Shown here piece by piece: positions 25,745-38,651 of a stretch of DNA of 64,000 bases (position 1 is the first letter of the stretch; every line of letters begins with the position of its first letter). Origin of the DNA: Eledone cirrhosa (lineage: Eukaryota); assembly GCA_964016885.1 (NCBI GenBank), contig OZ024753.1, positions 9,486,001 to 9,550,000 of the forward strand. The letters are read 5' to 3'. The position numbers and the translations under genes were made by a program. Below the pieces are notes generated by a model. It did not search any database, was not told the origin of the DNA, and saw only the letters and a list, made by a program, of their open reading frames with translations.

Positions 25745-26176
25745 CATACAGAGTCTGGTAGGTGAGCAAGTTTAGTCACCAACCACTTGAAATAGAGAGC
25801 AAAGGAGATGGGAAATTAACAGTCGGTGCCTAATAGAAGTTTCGATATTGGCAGCAATTTTTTAATCAAGACAGAGTGGGATAGATTTTGTTGTATTTAT
25901 ATAGTAAAGGCAATTTTAAAAGTAAGAACAGTTTCTATCTAGCTCTGGGGAAATATTTAAAAGACTAAAACAAACACAAATCTTAAGATGCTGATATAAA
26001 GTAGATAGCACCTGACCTCAGTCAGGAAACATAGATAGAAAAATAGATTTAGCAAAGGGTGAGAGTTATTTGTAAGTAAAAGTGTAAAGTTCATCAATAA
26101 AGAAGTGTCCACATGGATTTAGCAGATCACTGACTATAAAGATCCACACAGAGAGAACAACAGCCACCATATTGTG

Positions 26177-26223
<47 letters not shown>

Positions 26224-26439
26224 TAAATTATCGAGAATCGTATTTCAGCTCAGGAATTAACGAAAATCAACGTCCGATATGTGTGGCAAGCGCTCGATGA
26301 TTCATGTGAATCAGAACTACAACGTTAAGGGCCAAACACACTGAGATGATGGTTAAACAGATCATATATATATATATTCACACATATATACACACACACA
26401 CACATATATATACATACATATATATGTGTGTGTGTGTGG

Positions 26440-26612
26440 TTGTAAATGTGGTTGGTGTTAGGAAGGGCATCCAACTGTAGAAAACCCGCCAGACAGTCCT
26501 ATGCGAGCAAGACAACCACTCTTGCCTCAAGTGGGAAAACCCCCGTCCAAACCCATGCAAGCGTGAAACACGGACGCTAAACCTGATGATGATGATGATG
26601 ATGATGATGATA
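26440..26612 (+). mobile_element. RTE-type 3'UTR/tail fragment
   Basis: ggttggtgttaggaagggcatccaactgtagaaaacc...aacccatgcaagcgtg...(gat)n; sister fragment at 27810-27963. Confidence 0.75.
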
Positions 26613-27039
26613 TATATGGTGGCTGCCAACTCGTTTTCGAGTACGGCCACTACTTTATATCCATGTAGGAGAACCCCTACCGATGTGCTGAACGAGTGTG
26701 ACTTTTTAGTCCAGCCAGCTACTTGAAAACTCTGGTACAAACACTACACTTGTGACAATTATTGACACAGAGTGCTGGACCCATGCTACCATGTGACGAC
26801 AAGTGTAGAGAGATCAGAGATCTCCAGATATAAAGCAATGCCTGTGCTGTGAAGCTTTTATAGTGAGCAAAGGCACTGCACAAAGCCAGTCCCACTCTCT
26901 TAACCAAGATGATATTTACCAAAAAGAAGACCAAGTCAACATCATTGGATACCATCAGAGTTGCGGGTGTTATATCAGAGTTTTCCTTCTCCTAGAATTC
27001 TGCCTTGACAAAGGCTAAGGGGTCATCTCTCATATATAT

Positions 27040-27106
<67 letters not shown>

Positions 27107-27291
27107 CATACATACCTATATATATACATATATACATACATAAATACCTCTATATATATACATATGTACATACATACATACCTACATATATACATACATA
27201 TATACATACCTATCTATATATACATATATACATACCTATATATAGATATATACATAAATATATATACTCATATATATATATATATATATAT

Positions 27292-27388
<97 letters not shown>

Positions 27389-27643
27389 CATACACATATA
27401 TATATACACATACATATATCTATATATACATACATATATATGCACACACATACATATATATATACACATACATATATATATATACATATACATATATATA
27501 CACATGCATATATATATAAACATACATATATATATACATACATATATACACATACATATATATATACATACATATATACACATACATATATATACATATA
27601 CATATATATACATACATATATACACATACATATATATATATAC

Positions 27644-27675
<32 letters not shown>

Positions 27676-27691
27676 ACACATATATATATAC

Positions 27692-27723
<32 letters not shown>

Positions 27724-27809
27724 ACACATACATATATATATATACACACACATACATTTATATACACATACATATATATATATACACACACATACATTTA
27801 TATATATAT

Positions 27810-27963
27810 AAACGTGATTGGTGTTAGGAAGGGCATCCAGCCATAGAAAACCCACCAGACAGTTCTATACGAGCAAGATAACCAATCTTGTCTCAAGTGG
27901 GAAAACTCCCGTTCCAAACCCATGCAAGCGTGGAAGATCGATGATGATGATGATGATGATGAT
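27810..27963 (+). mobile_element. RTE-type 3'UTR/tail fragment
   Basis: Homologous to 26440-26612 and to the 3'UTR of 2366-3146. Confidence 0.75.
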
Positions 27964-28146
27964 ATATATATATATACACACATTCATATATATATACACA
28001 TACATATATATATACACATACATATATATATACACATACATATATATATACACATATATATATACACACACATATCTATACACACACATATATATATATA
28101 TATGTAAATATATATACATATATACATACAAACATACACACACACA

Positions 28147-28180
<34 letters not shown>

Positions 28181-28185
<5 letters not shown>

Positions 28186-28765
28186 AGGATGAATATAAAA
28201 TGAAAGTGCTTTTTTAAAAAAAAGGAATTTATTAGGTATTGACATATGTTTCTGTAACAGACTGAATACCTATGTATCGCTGCTTGCGTAATCATATAAT
28301 GTTAGCAAGTATTCGATAGCAAATGTATAATCAGTTGTCACTTCTTCAGAGATTTTGGATAAATTGGATAAAATCAGAAAAATTGAAGTATTTATATTAG
28401 TAAAAGAGGAAGAAACAGAGGGGATAGTATATGACAGATGGTAAATTAATTTACTGCTAAACAAGTATATAATGGGTTTCTAATGAGAATACCATGAGTA
28501 AATCTAAATAAGAATTTTGGGAGTGCCAATTTTAATCTCTACTCGACCAACTGGACAGTGGACAGGGCTGGTCATTTGGTGCAGTAGTATTAATTATAAA
28601 GTGTCAATTGGGGAAGGGGGAGATTTCGATTGCTACTAAATAACATCAATGCTAGTAGCCAGCTGGTATATGCATTAGGGAATTGAGTCAAGAAATCAGA
28701 AATCTCATTTTATCTATAGCAGTTTGTATTAAAAGGTAAATAATAGAAGAGTTGATAGAATTAAG
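28181..28765 (-). repeat. Penelope-like pLTR copy 1 with a hammerhead motif (28235-28356)
   Basis: About 590-bp direct repeat of 29716-30306; minus strand CTGAAGA, long helix II, GAAAC-ATAT-GTC, then AATAAA; lies downstream of a GIY-YIG fragment. Confidence 0.75.
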
Positions 28766-28839
28766 ACTAATAAAGAATGTTAATATCTATTTTGACAATC
28801 AAACGGGGATAGAGACAGGCGTTCAATCCTGGTAGTATT

Positions 28840-29260
28840 TATAATATGAAAATGTAGATTTTAAGCGATGGTTACAGTATAACGATCGCTCTATTCTGTT
28901 ATTTAATAAAATGTTTTTGGATTTCATAATACAAAATAATTCTACATTACATAATTTACGAAATTCCTGTCCATGGGATTATGGGGGGGCAGCCGCTATT
29001 ATATCCCATTTTAGGTGAAATTGTTGGTTATTTTCATGCAGCTGCCAAGCCTTGTCTGCGAGTGTTGTTACATAACGCTGGTTTTCGTGTTTTATCGAGT
29101 AACGATGTCTATAAAGGCGTGATTTGAAGGAGGTGGCTGTAGATCCCACATAGTACCACTTCTGTCTATCCGATTCGATAGTACATTTGTATACGATGTT
29201 GCGTTCAAGACACTGATTGTTCAACGGACACATTCCTGGTTGGACACAGTTGCAATTATA
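28840..29260 (-). pseudogene. Penelope-like GIY-YIG endonuclease fragment
   Basis: CNC..MCPLNNQCLERNIVYKC..YYVGSTATSFKSRLYRH..TTLA..W; after a frameshift KLCNVE..LLNNRIE..CNHR. Confidence 0.9.
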
Positions 29261-29300
29261 ATTTTATATATATATATATATACTAGCATATATATATATA

Positions 29301-29340
29301 CTAGCAGAATGGCCCGGCGTTGCTCAGGCTTCTAAACATA
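29301..29340 (-). mobile_element. Helitron-like 3' terminus
   Basis: Minus strand gcctgagcaacgccgggccattctgCTAGt, same motif as the 22436 end; 5' end not identified. Confidence 0.55.
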
Positions 29341-29715
29341 GATTGGCATGTTTATCCCTCCTTTCTGAAACAGTACAGAGAAGTACGGAATACCTCGGCC
29401 TGGAGATGGTGTCTACATTTTGGGCTTATAAAAAAAATTTGTCATAAATTACCAGGGGTTTATCTTAATTGGGTGGCTCAGAGTAAACCCACGAAAGCCA
29501 AGACGATATGGTTAAGTAAAAAGGCATTCGACAAACCGAACATGTATTTGTTGTGCTATGGTACAATGAAAGTTATATATATATATAATGAAAGTTATAT
29601 ATATATAAAATTTCAAATTATCAATAATGTAGTGATAATATATCGTCACGTTAGAGATGAACAGCGTACGTGTAGGTTTGCTCAACGAGTATAAATTATA
29701 TTCCGGAGAAAATGT

Positions 29716-30306
29716 AGAAAAGATGAATATAAAATGAAAGTGCTTTTATAAAGGAATTTATTAGGTATTGACATATGTTTCTGTAACAGACGGAATACCT
29801 ATGTATCGCTGCTTGCGTAATCATATAATGTTAGCAAGTATTCGATAGCAAATGTATAATCAGTTGTCACTTCTTCAGAGATATTGGATAAATTGTAAAA
29901 AATCAGAAAAATTAAAGTATTTATATTAGTTGTAAGAAAGGAAGACGAGAAGGGATAGTATATGACAGATGGCAATTCAATTTGCTGGTAAACAAGTATA
30001 TAGAAGGTTTTTAATGAGAATACAATGAGTATATGGCTTATTTTATCTAAATAAGAATTTTTGGGAGTGCTTATTTTAATCTATATTTGACCAATTGAAC
30101 AATGGACAGGGCTGGTCATTTGGTGTAGTAGTATTAATACAGATATAAAGTGTCCAGTAAGGAAGAGAGAGATTTTCACTGTTACTGTATAACAACAATG
30201 CTGGTAGCCTGCTGGTATATGCATTAGGGAATTGAATTAAGAAATCTCATTTTATCTATAGCATTTATATTAAATGGTAAAGAATAGAAGAGTTGATAGA
30301 ATTAAG
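29716..30306 (-). repeat. Penelope-like pLTR copy 2 with a hammerhead motif (29764-29886)
   Basis: Direct repeat of 28181-28765. Confidence 0.75.
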
Positions 30307-31755
30307 TTTTTTCTTGATCAAGTTCTTTTATCACGTTCCCCCGATCAAGATTAATGTCTGAACTCTTCAGCAGCTTTCCTCTGGTGACACGCTTGCCATA
30401 CCAGTAGTAACCTACAGTTACAATGTCATCAACTGGTCAAGCACAGAGATCCGTAGGCTCGATACAAAAATTCGAAAATTCTTAACCATGCACAGAATGC
30501 ATCACCCTAAGGCAGATATAGATAGAATATATCTCCCTAGGAAAGAAGGAGGACGTGGGTTAATCCAGTTAGACATTGCGTTGAAAACTGCAACAATTGG
30601 ATTATCTACATATCTAAGGGAATCACATGATTGGATGATCAAACTCGTTTTGAAACACGAAAGCATCAAAAGATCATACTCCATTACAAAAGATGCACAA
30701 AGATACAGTAATGGACTACAAATTTCAGAAGTCCCATTTACTGCTGAAATGGAAAACACAGAAAAAGCAAAGCAGGTAAAAGTAACTGCAAAGAAAGAAC
30801 TGCTACAGAAACTGGCTAAGAAATGGCAAGAAAAGCCTCTGTATGGAAAATACCCAGAGCGAGCTAACAATCCTGATGTTGACAAAACTTTAACCCATCA
30901 GTGGTTGGCATCCTCTGGACTGAAATCGGAGACTGAAGGACTGATTATATCAGCACAAGATCAGTGTCTGCCAACAAAAAATTACCAAGCCAACATAATA
31001 AAAAATGGATGCAGCCCATAATGCCGTGTATGCAAAAAACAACCAGAGACCATTGACCATATAATTTCAATGTGCAGTCCTATAGCTCCAACCGAATACC
31101 TAAACAGGCATGACAGAGCTGCACAATACATACATTGGATAATGTGTAAGCATTTTGACTTGCCCCATCAAAAGAATTGGTGGGAGCATCAACCACCTCC
31201 CATACTTGAAAAAGATCACATCTCAATCTTGTGGAACTTTAGCATCCAAACAGACCGAAAAATAGATGCAAATAGACCTGATATAATATTGAAGGACTTT
31301 AAAAAGAGGCTATGCCTGCTAATTGATATGTCCGTTCCAATAGACAAGAATGTATCTATAAAAACATTTGAAAAATTGAGCAAGTATAAGGACCTGGAGA
31401 TAGAAATTGGAAAAATGTGGAAATTGAGAACTAAAACAATACCGGTGGTTGTAGGCGCTCTTGGAATGATACCTAAGAGGTCTAATGATTACTTATCGCA
31501 AATCCCAGGAAACCCGCGTATAGGAGAAATTACAAAAGATAGTACTAATGGGAACTGCCCAGATACTAAGGAAGATTCTGTCAATATAAGTACATCACAA
31601 GTCTAAACACTAAAGATGCATGTGTGAGTATGTTTGTTCTTTCTTGAACATGGCGGACCTTGTTGTCTCTTGAGGTCACTGGTTGTGACTTGGTGATAAC
31701 TCGTATGAACATAAAGCAAGATAAATGCAACTGTAATAATAATAATAATAATAAT
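30307..31755 (+). mobile_element. 5'-truncated R4/Dong-like non-LTR retrotransposon (RT C-terminus, CCHC knuckle, REL endonuclease) with a 5' inversion
   Basis: AIPVVTYS..HPKADIDRIYLPRKEGGRGL, SETEGLIISAQDQ, CRVC..ETIDHIISMC, RHD, RPD..ID..EK..KY; one in-frame stop (31019-31021) and one frameshift near 31530; (TAA)n tail; 30307-30388 is an inverted upstream piece. Confidence 0.93.
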
Positions 31756-31822
31756 TGTTTCTACTTTTGGCACAATGCCAGCAATTATTCAGTGTATTAC
31801 TGGTACGTTATTTTATTGACCC

Positions 31823-31860
<38 letters not shown>

Positions 31861-31865
31861 TTCCT

Positions 31866-32208
31866 GGAGGCACATCGCTTAGTGGTTAGAGCATTGGCCT
31901 TGCAATCGAAAGGTTGTGAGTTCAATTCTCAGACCAGGTGATGTGTTGTTTCCTTGAGCAAGACACTTTATTTCACATTGCTCCAGTTTACTCAGCTGTT
32001 GAAATGAGATGATAGGGACTGGGGTCCATATCATTCCACTGCAAAGTGGTCGTGGAGGTGCCACGGCATAAAAGCACCCAGCACTCACTGTAAATGAGGT
32101 TGGTGTTAGGAAGGGCATCCAGCTGTAGAAATCAAGCCAGAATCAGTTCCCGCCCCACCCTTGCTAGCAGGGAAAAGCGGACGTAAAATGAAATGATGAT
32201 GATGATGA
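31866..32208 (+). mobile_element. SINE family A, full length
   Basis: Consensus match. Confidence 0.9.
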
Positions 32209-32210
32209 TT

Positions 32211-32520
32211 CCTGGTTAACCCTCTCTGCAAGAGGTACAAAAAGTTGTTTTGACTGGTACTGCACAAGTATTGAGAACAGCACTATCTCTGTGAGAATGA
32301 TATCCCCACCTGGTGTGGATGGATGTATGTGTGTGTGTGTGTGTGTGAGTAGAGCACTATCTCTGTAAGAATGATAAGCTGTAAATTATATTCAATGTGG
32401 TGTGTTAACTGGCTTACCAATGTATACAGTGGGTTTATTGCCCTAGGTGTCAGGAAGACACTCGGCATATATCAGAAATAATACTGAAGGAAAAGGAAAA
32501 ACAACAAAAATAATAATAAT
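32211..32520 (+). mobile_element. R4/Dong-like extreme 3' fragment
   Basis: PSLQEVQKVVLTGTAQVLRTALSL* resembles QKIVLMGTAQILRKILSI* of the 30307 element; ends in (TAA)n. Confidence 0.7.
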
Positions 32521-33137
32521 TGTTTCTACTTTTGGCACAAGGCCAGCAATTATCCCAGTGTACTACTGGTACTTTATTTTATCGACCCCATAAGGATGAA
32601 AGGTAAAGTTAACCATAGAGGGATTTGAACTCAGACCATAAAGGGCCGTAACTCTTTGCTGCAAAGCATGGTGTCCGACCCTCTACTGATACTGCCAATC
32701 CATCGCAACAATAATAATGCTTTCTTTATTAACCACAAGGGTTTACACAAAGTAGACATTAAGGACAGTACAGGACGGTACTAATGGACATTTCTGCGTG
32801 TTAAAAAAACAAAAACAGAGGATGTAACAAAAAGAAACAATGAAAAATTCTCCAATAGGGGGGAGACATCTGAGGGCCATCGTGTAGAAAGCCCATTAAA
32901 AAAAGCCATGGTGACCCTGACCACCAGGGCAAGTGCCCTCTCATAATAATTGTTTCTACGTTTGGCACAAGGCCAGCAATTAACCAGTGCATTACTGGTA
33001 CTTTATTTTATCGACCCCATAAGGATGAAAGACAAAGTTAACCTCGACGGGATCTGAGCTCCGAATGGCAAGGGCCATAACTCTGCACATCAAAGCATGG
33101 CGTCCGAACATCTACCGATACTGCCAATCCACTGCCC
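32510..33137 (-). mobile_element. Two SINE family B copies flanking an L1/Tx1-like 3'UTR fragment (32721-32940)
   Basis: SINE B consensus; the fragment ends ccttgtggttaataaagaaa on the minus strand, like 37115-37135. Confidence 0.7.
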
Positions 33138-33666
33138 TCTCATAATAATGATAATAATATTGTGGTTGGCAGAATTATTAGGATATTAGGATGTTGGATA
33201 AAATGGTATAAAGTATTTAAATATATTTCTTTACATTCTGAGTTCAAATCCCATTGAAGTTAAACTTTGCCTTTCAGCTTTCTGGAGGCAATCAATAAAA
33301 CAAAGCACTAGTCATGTTGGGGATTGATTTAATCAACTTTCTTCTTAATCTAAATTGCTGGCCTTGTGCTTAAATTAGGAACCATAATTACCATTTTTTT
33401 TTATTCCTGCAATACATTGATATTTTGTCAAGTTTCTTTCTTTTTTATGTTCTCTATTTTTTTTTATATATATACTTTATGACATTTTATATTAGATCAT
33501 ATTGAATCATATTATCTAGTTATATTTAGTGAGCCACTCGTGTGTGTCTGTTGCCACTTTCCAACACCCTACCCTAATAAAGAAATCAATAAAGAAATCA
33601 CATCATCTTTGATTTTATTGGATTCATATTTTTATCAATAATTTTTACTTTTATTTTACAAAGACA

Positions 33667-33724
<58 letters not shown>

Positions 33725-33729
33725 TACAT

Positions 33730-33771
33730 ATCTATCTTTTTAACTGTACACATACATATCTATCTATTTAA

Positions 33772-33821
<50 letters not shown>

Positions 33822-33829
33822 CTATCTAA

Positions 33830-33870
<41 letters not shown>

Positions 33871-33883
33871 CATATCTATCTAA

Positions 33884-33922
<39 letters not shown>

Positions 33923-33982
33923 CCTATCTATTTAACTGTATATATATATATATACACACATACATATCTATCTATTTAACTG

Positions 33983-34058
<76 letters not shown>

Positions 34059-34078
34059 CATATCTATCTATTTAACTG

Positions 34079-34138
<60 letters not shown>

Positions 34139-34158
34139 CATATCTATCTATTTAACTG

Positions 34159-34240
<82 letters not shown>

Positions 34241-34268
34241 CATATCTATCTATTTAACTGTATATATC
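33730..34268. repeat. Compound repeat: tatctatctatttaactg spacers separated by variable (TA)n
   Basis: About 9 recurrences, direct reading. Confidence 0.85.
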
Positions 34269-35407
34269 TATATATTCTTTTCTTTGGATGGTAAAAGGTT
34301 GAAGGATAAACTTTTTTTTAAAAGAACTATATTTAGGTCATGTAACAAATATCCTATTCATTATTCTGGGTGAAATAATATAATACAATTGATTTGGAAG
34401 GTGAGAAAGTTGTGTTTTTTTCTGTTTCATTTCATTAAAACATTAAAACCCCCAAAAAACATTGTACAAAAATAAAAATACAGAAGAAAAATGAAAGAAA
34501 ATTTGAGATTACAATGAGGAAAGAAACGTGGCATGGTATAGGGGGTGAACAAACTGGTAGTTTGATATAGACAGGCGGTGTTTCTGTGGGTTGGGTGAGC
34601 GCAAATAATTAGGTATTGAAGAAACATATTTGAATAGAAAATAAAAAAAAAAGACCCCCAAAACACCCTGGAATTTGAGGAAACTGACTTATGTCAGTAA
34701 TGATTTATCTGTAGGAGGAAAGCTCATAAAAGAGGAAGATGTGATGATTTGTTGAGAGGAACGAAGAATAACAAATTTTTTATAGTTGCTTTTTATGTAA
34801 GTGGCAAGAAGATATGAAAAAATATATTTGTCATGTGCTGGCATAAAATACAATGAAATGCAAGGTACCCTTTTTCTATCTTTATGAATTTCTGATGAAG
34901 AGCAAGTGGTTAAGATATGGCACTCTTCTGACAAAGTTGTAGAAATATGGGTCAGCAAAGATTTATCTGTTGAAGAGTTTCTAGAAGAGTTTGATGAGAT
35001 GATTTGTTGTGAGTTTGAAGAATCTACTATTTCAAGCACTTCCTCTATATTTTAAAGTGGAGAAGGTACTTCCTGTTTGTTTTAGAGTTGGGAAAGTACT
35101 TCCTGTTTGTTGTAGAGTTGAAATGGTACTTCTTGTTGGAGATAGAGCTGGGAAAGGATGGGGGGGGGGGGTCTATCAGACTGATTTCTCGTGTATGGTT
35201 AAAAAGTTGTTTTTTTTTAAAGTATGTAGTTCTATGTTTCATCCCACTGCTGCAAAGTGACTTGGATAAGTGTCTTGTTATAGTTACGGTTGGTACAAAG
35301 GAATTCATTTGTCAACCAAAAGATGAACTCAAAACTTAAAAGCCTATATAACAATATACTACAGAGCAACTTGTACAATACTCAATTTATATCCATTAAG
35401 TTGTAAA

Positions 35408-35660
35408 GGGCATTTGGTTAGAATGTCTCAGGAAAGAATCGCTAGACAGATTTTATGGGCAAAAACCAACCGGCAGGAGACCCAGGGATAGACCCCAAGC
35501 AAGATGGTTGAATAACATCCAAGAGCTCGGTTGGTCTCGCTTGGGGATCCAGCAGGTTCAATTGGGGACAGTTGCTTCTGACAGGACCTGCTGGAAGGAG
35601 TGCTTGAGGCCTCTGCACCACAACCCTCTCAGGAATAAGTGGACAAAGAAGAAGAAAAAT
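35408..35660 (+). mobile_element. RTE LINE 3' fragment from a different family, (AAG)n tail
   Basis: GHLVRMSQERIARQILWAK / PTGRRPRDRPQARWLNNIQELGWSRLGI...DRTCW. Confidence 0.8.
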
Positions 35661-35849
35661 GTGTAAAGAACTATTACACCGCCATGTAGTATCTGCAGGT
35701 GATCTAGATAAGAAAATCATTAAAAATACTACAGAATATAAAGTACAATTAAAAGAAGAAAAAAAAGAGTTTATAAGTGATAATTAAAATAGTTCATTTC
35801 ATTTCAAATTTGAAAGAAATAAAAGAGTGCAGGCTGGACAATTCATAGC

Positions 35850-36445
35850 TTTGGTTATGCAAAGTAGATTTGAAGAGAGAATTAGAGAGATTTTCTGATA
35901 ACTACTCAAGATAAAGCAATCGATATAAACTCAATTATGAAACACATCTGGGTGACTCTATCTAATGTCAACTTTAGAAGGAGAAGACAAAGAAACAGCT
36001 ATAAAATGCTAACCAAGGAAAATTACAAATGCTGACAAAACCTGTTCTAATCTCTTTTGAAATCTGTGTAGGAAAAAAATGGATTTAAAGTCTGTGAAAA
36101 GTAGTAAGAGCATATGATGAACACATGCAAAGCAAATATCTTGTGTGATTCTAATACCAAATCACACCAGTTCACAGAACACAGGGGACTTGATAATGTG
36201 TCTGCCAATAAAGAAACTACTGAATATTTTATAATCAATATTGCTATAACCACAGGTCAAAATATTGAAAAAAAATACAAAATTGTAAAAATAAATAAAA
36301 TAGAATAAAATAAAATAAAATTGATTAATACTCAGATCTTCAGATCTTAAGTTAGAACTTTCGAAGAATATGGTGAAGGAAGTGTGATATGAATAAAAAT
36401 GAAGCAACACCAGGTTCAATTCTTGAAAAGCTTCAATTTTACCTT
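35850..36445 (+). pseudogene. Highly degenerate R4/Dong-like remnant
   Basis: DFLITTQDKAIDINSIMKHI (cf. GLIISAQDQ), NILCDSN..HRGLDNV..NKE..IINIA (cf. ILWDF..RPD..IIDIA), GSILEKLQFYLK. Confidence 0.55.
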
Positions 36446-36455
36446 AAAAATCCCC

Positions 36456-36517
<62 letters not shown>

Positions 36518-36518
<1 letters not shown>

Positions 36519-37135
36519 ATGCATTCATACACTGCCCGGACGTCACTGACCTGTGGGGCTATGTAGAATGACTATTGTCGCGGGTGGGACCAATCCGGTT
36601 GACCACCGTTTCCATTGTCATGATCAAACCGCCACCCTCCTTCAAAAACGAAGGAGAGGCGGTTTTCCTTTGTGTGATAGCTATGGCGAAAGAGGTTGTA
36701 TGGTGGACAAGGTTGAAAGGGCTGAGGTCAGACACCTTTCTCTCCGGCCAACAACTGGATCTTTTTTTCAAATACCACTTTGGAAGAAGAATCAGGATGG
36801 AGAGAGAGGTGCTGCACCCTAGCAAGTTTTATGAAAGGTGGGTGAAAGTGGCGAGAATGGCCCGAGTGAATGGGCCTTCTCTCTATATCAGCCTGTAGGT
36901 TGAGGAAAAGGAGGAGGAGAGGAAAGGAGTACAAACTCTTCGTACTCCTGGAGTTGAGGGTTGCACATTTTTTCGGAGGTATGTGTTACTCATATGAACT
37001 GTCTCCTCCTATTGGGGAAAATCGACTAACTTTTTAAATTGCATTTGTGATAACATTTTACACGTTTTTATTGTATGTAAACTTCCCCCTTTGTATTTGT
37101 CCCCTTCTTTTGTGCCCCTGTGGCTAATAAAGAAA
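36518..37135 (+). mobile_element. 5'-truncated L1/Tx1-clade LINE (ORF2 C-terminus plus 3'UTR)
   Basis: HAFIHCPDVTDLWGYV (end of zinc knuckle), AKEVVWWTR, ERW; AATAAA at 37126; (TCTA)n on both sides. Confidence 0.8.
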
Positions 37136-37157
37136 CATATCTATCTAGCTATCTATC

Positions 37158-37196
<39 letters not shown>

Positions 37197-37200
<4 letters not shown>

Positions 37201-37338
37201 TTCAATTTTGAAGACCAACACAATGTGTATGGAGAATGTTAAATTACCAAGAAAAATTTTCTAAGGTAAGATTCTTTTGTTATCTTGGCAATTTAACAAT
37301 CTTCATATGCATTGTGTTGGTCTTCAAAATTTAAATTT
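37197..37338. repeat. About 56-bp imperfect inverted repeat with a 30-nt spacer
   Basis: aaatttcaattttgaagaccaacacaatg...accaaga pairs with tcttggcaatttaac...ggtcttcaaaatttaaattt. Confidence 0.9.
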
Positions 37339-37375
37339 GTGTTTAAACAATGCTTCAAGAAGCTACAAAATTCTG

Positions 37376-37412
<37 letters not shown>

Positions 37413-37637
37413 GTGTATATATATGTATATGTGTATGAATTTTTTTTCTCACAAGTCAGTTCTTTCATAGCTACGGACCCCGGCTGAATTACCGGTCGCT
37501 ATCTTCATTTTGCAAAGCCCTTTAAACTGTATGTTATTACTCTGAGGTCCTATACCTTGTCGAGTGCTGGGCTGCATTGCTGAAAACATTCGTCGGCTTA
37601 GCTGAGGCTCTGGCTTCGAATATGCTGTACTTCCATT

Positions 37638-37713
<76 letters not shown>

Positions 37714-37925
37714 TATATATAATAAAACATTGATGCAATTCCATTCAAGAACTCAACATACTTGGATAAAAGTAACCTTATTATGTAAGAAGCTGTCTGA
37801 TGAGATCATGGGATTGGATTTAACACGGAAATACTCGGCCTCTGCTGTCATCAAAATATATATAACGGCTTTCAATAAAGGAATTTTAACATCTAAACTA
37901 CTTTGTATTTAATTATAATATATAT

Positions 37926-37980
<55 letters not shown>

Positions 37981-37983
<3 letters not shown>

Positions 37984-38265
37984 CGGGTGATGTGTTGTTT
38001 CCTTGAGCAAGACACTTTATTTCACATTGCTCCAGTTTACTCAGCTGTATAAATGAGATGATAGGGACTAAGGTCCATATCATTCCACTGCTAAGTGGTC
38101 GTGGAGGTGCCACGGCAAAAAAGCACCCAGCACTCACTGTAAATGAGGTTGGTGTTAGGAAGGGCATCCAGCTGTAGAAATCAAGCCAGAATCAGTTCCC
38201 GTCTCACCCTTGCAAGCAGGGAAAAAGCGGACGTAAAATGAAATGATGATGATGATGATGATGAT
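37981..38265 (+). mobile_element. SINE family A, 5'-truncated
   Basis: Consensus match from caccgggtgatgtg onward. Confidence 0.9.
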
Positions 38266-38274
38266 ATATCACAC

Positions 38275-38651
38275 CATCATTTTACGTCCGCTTTTTCTCT
38301 GCTTGCAAGGGTGGGACGGGAACTGATTCTGGCTTGATTTCTACAGCTGGATGCCCTTCCTAACACAAACCTCATTTACAGTGAGTGCTGGGTGCTTTTT
38401 TTTTCGTGGCGCCTACACGTCCACTTTATAGTGTGGGCTGGGTGCTTTTTTGCCGTGTCACCTCTACGACCACTTTGCAGTGGAATGATAGGGACCCCAG
38501 TCATCTATCATTTCATTTCTACAGCTGAGCAAACTGGAGCAATGTGAAATAAAGTGTCTTGCTCAAGGAAATAACACATCACCCGGTCCGAGAATCCAAC
38601 TCACAACCTTTCGATTGCAAGCCCAATGCTCTAACCACTAAGCCATGTGCC
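38275..38651 (-). mobile_element. SINE family A with two internal units
   Basis: Consensus match; tail-to-tail with the previous copy. Confidence 0.9.

Noticed and set aside
37790-37845. CTGATGA...GAAA hammerhead-like match
   Set aside because: Helix I and helix III cannot be paired convincingly
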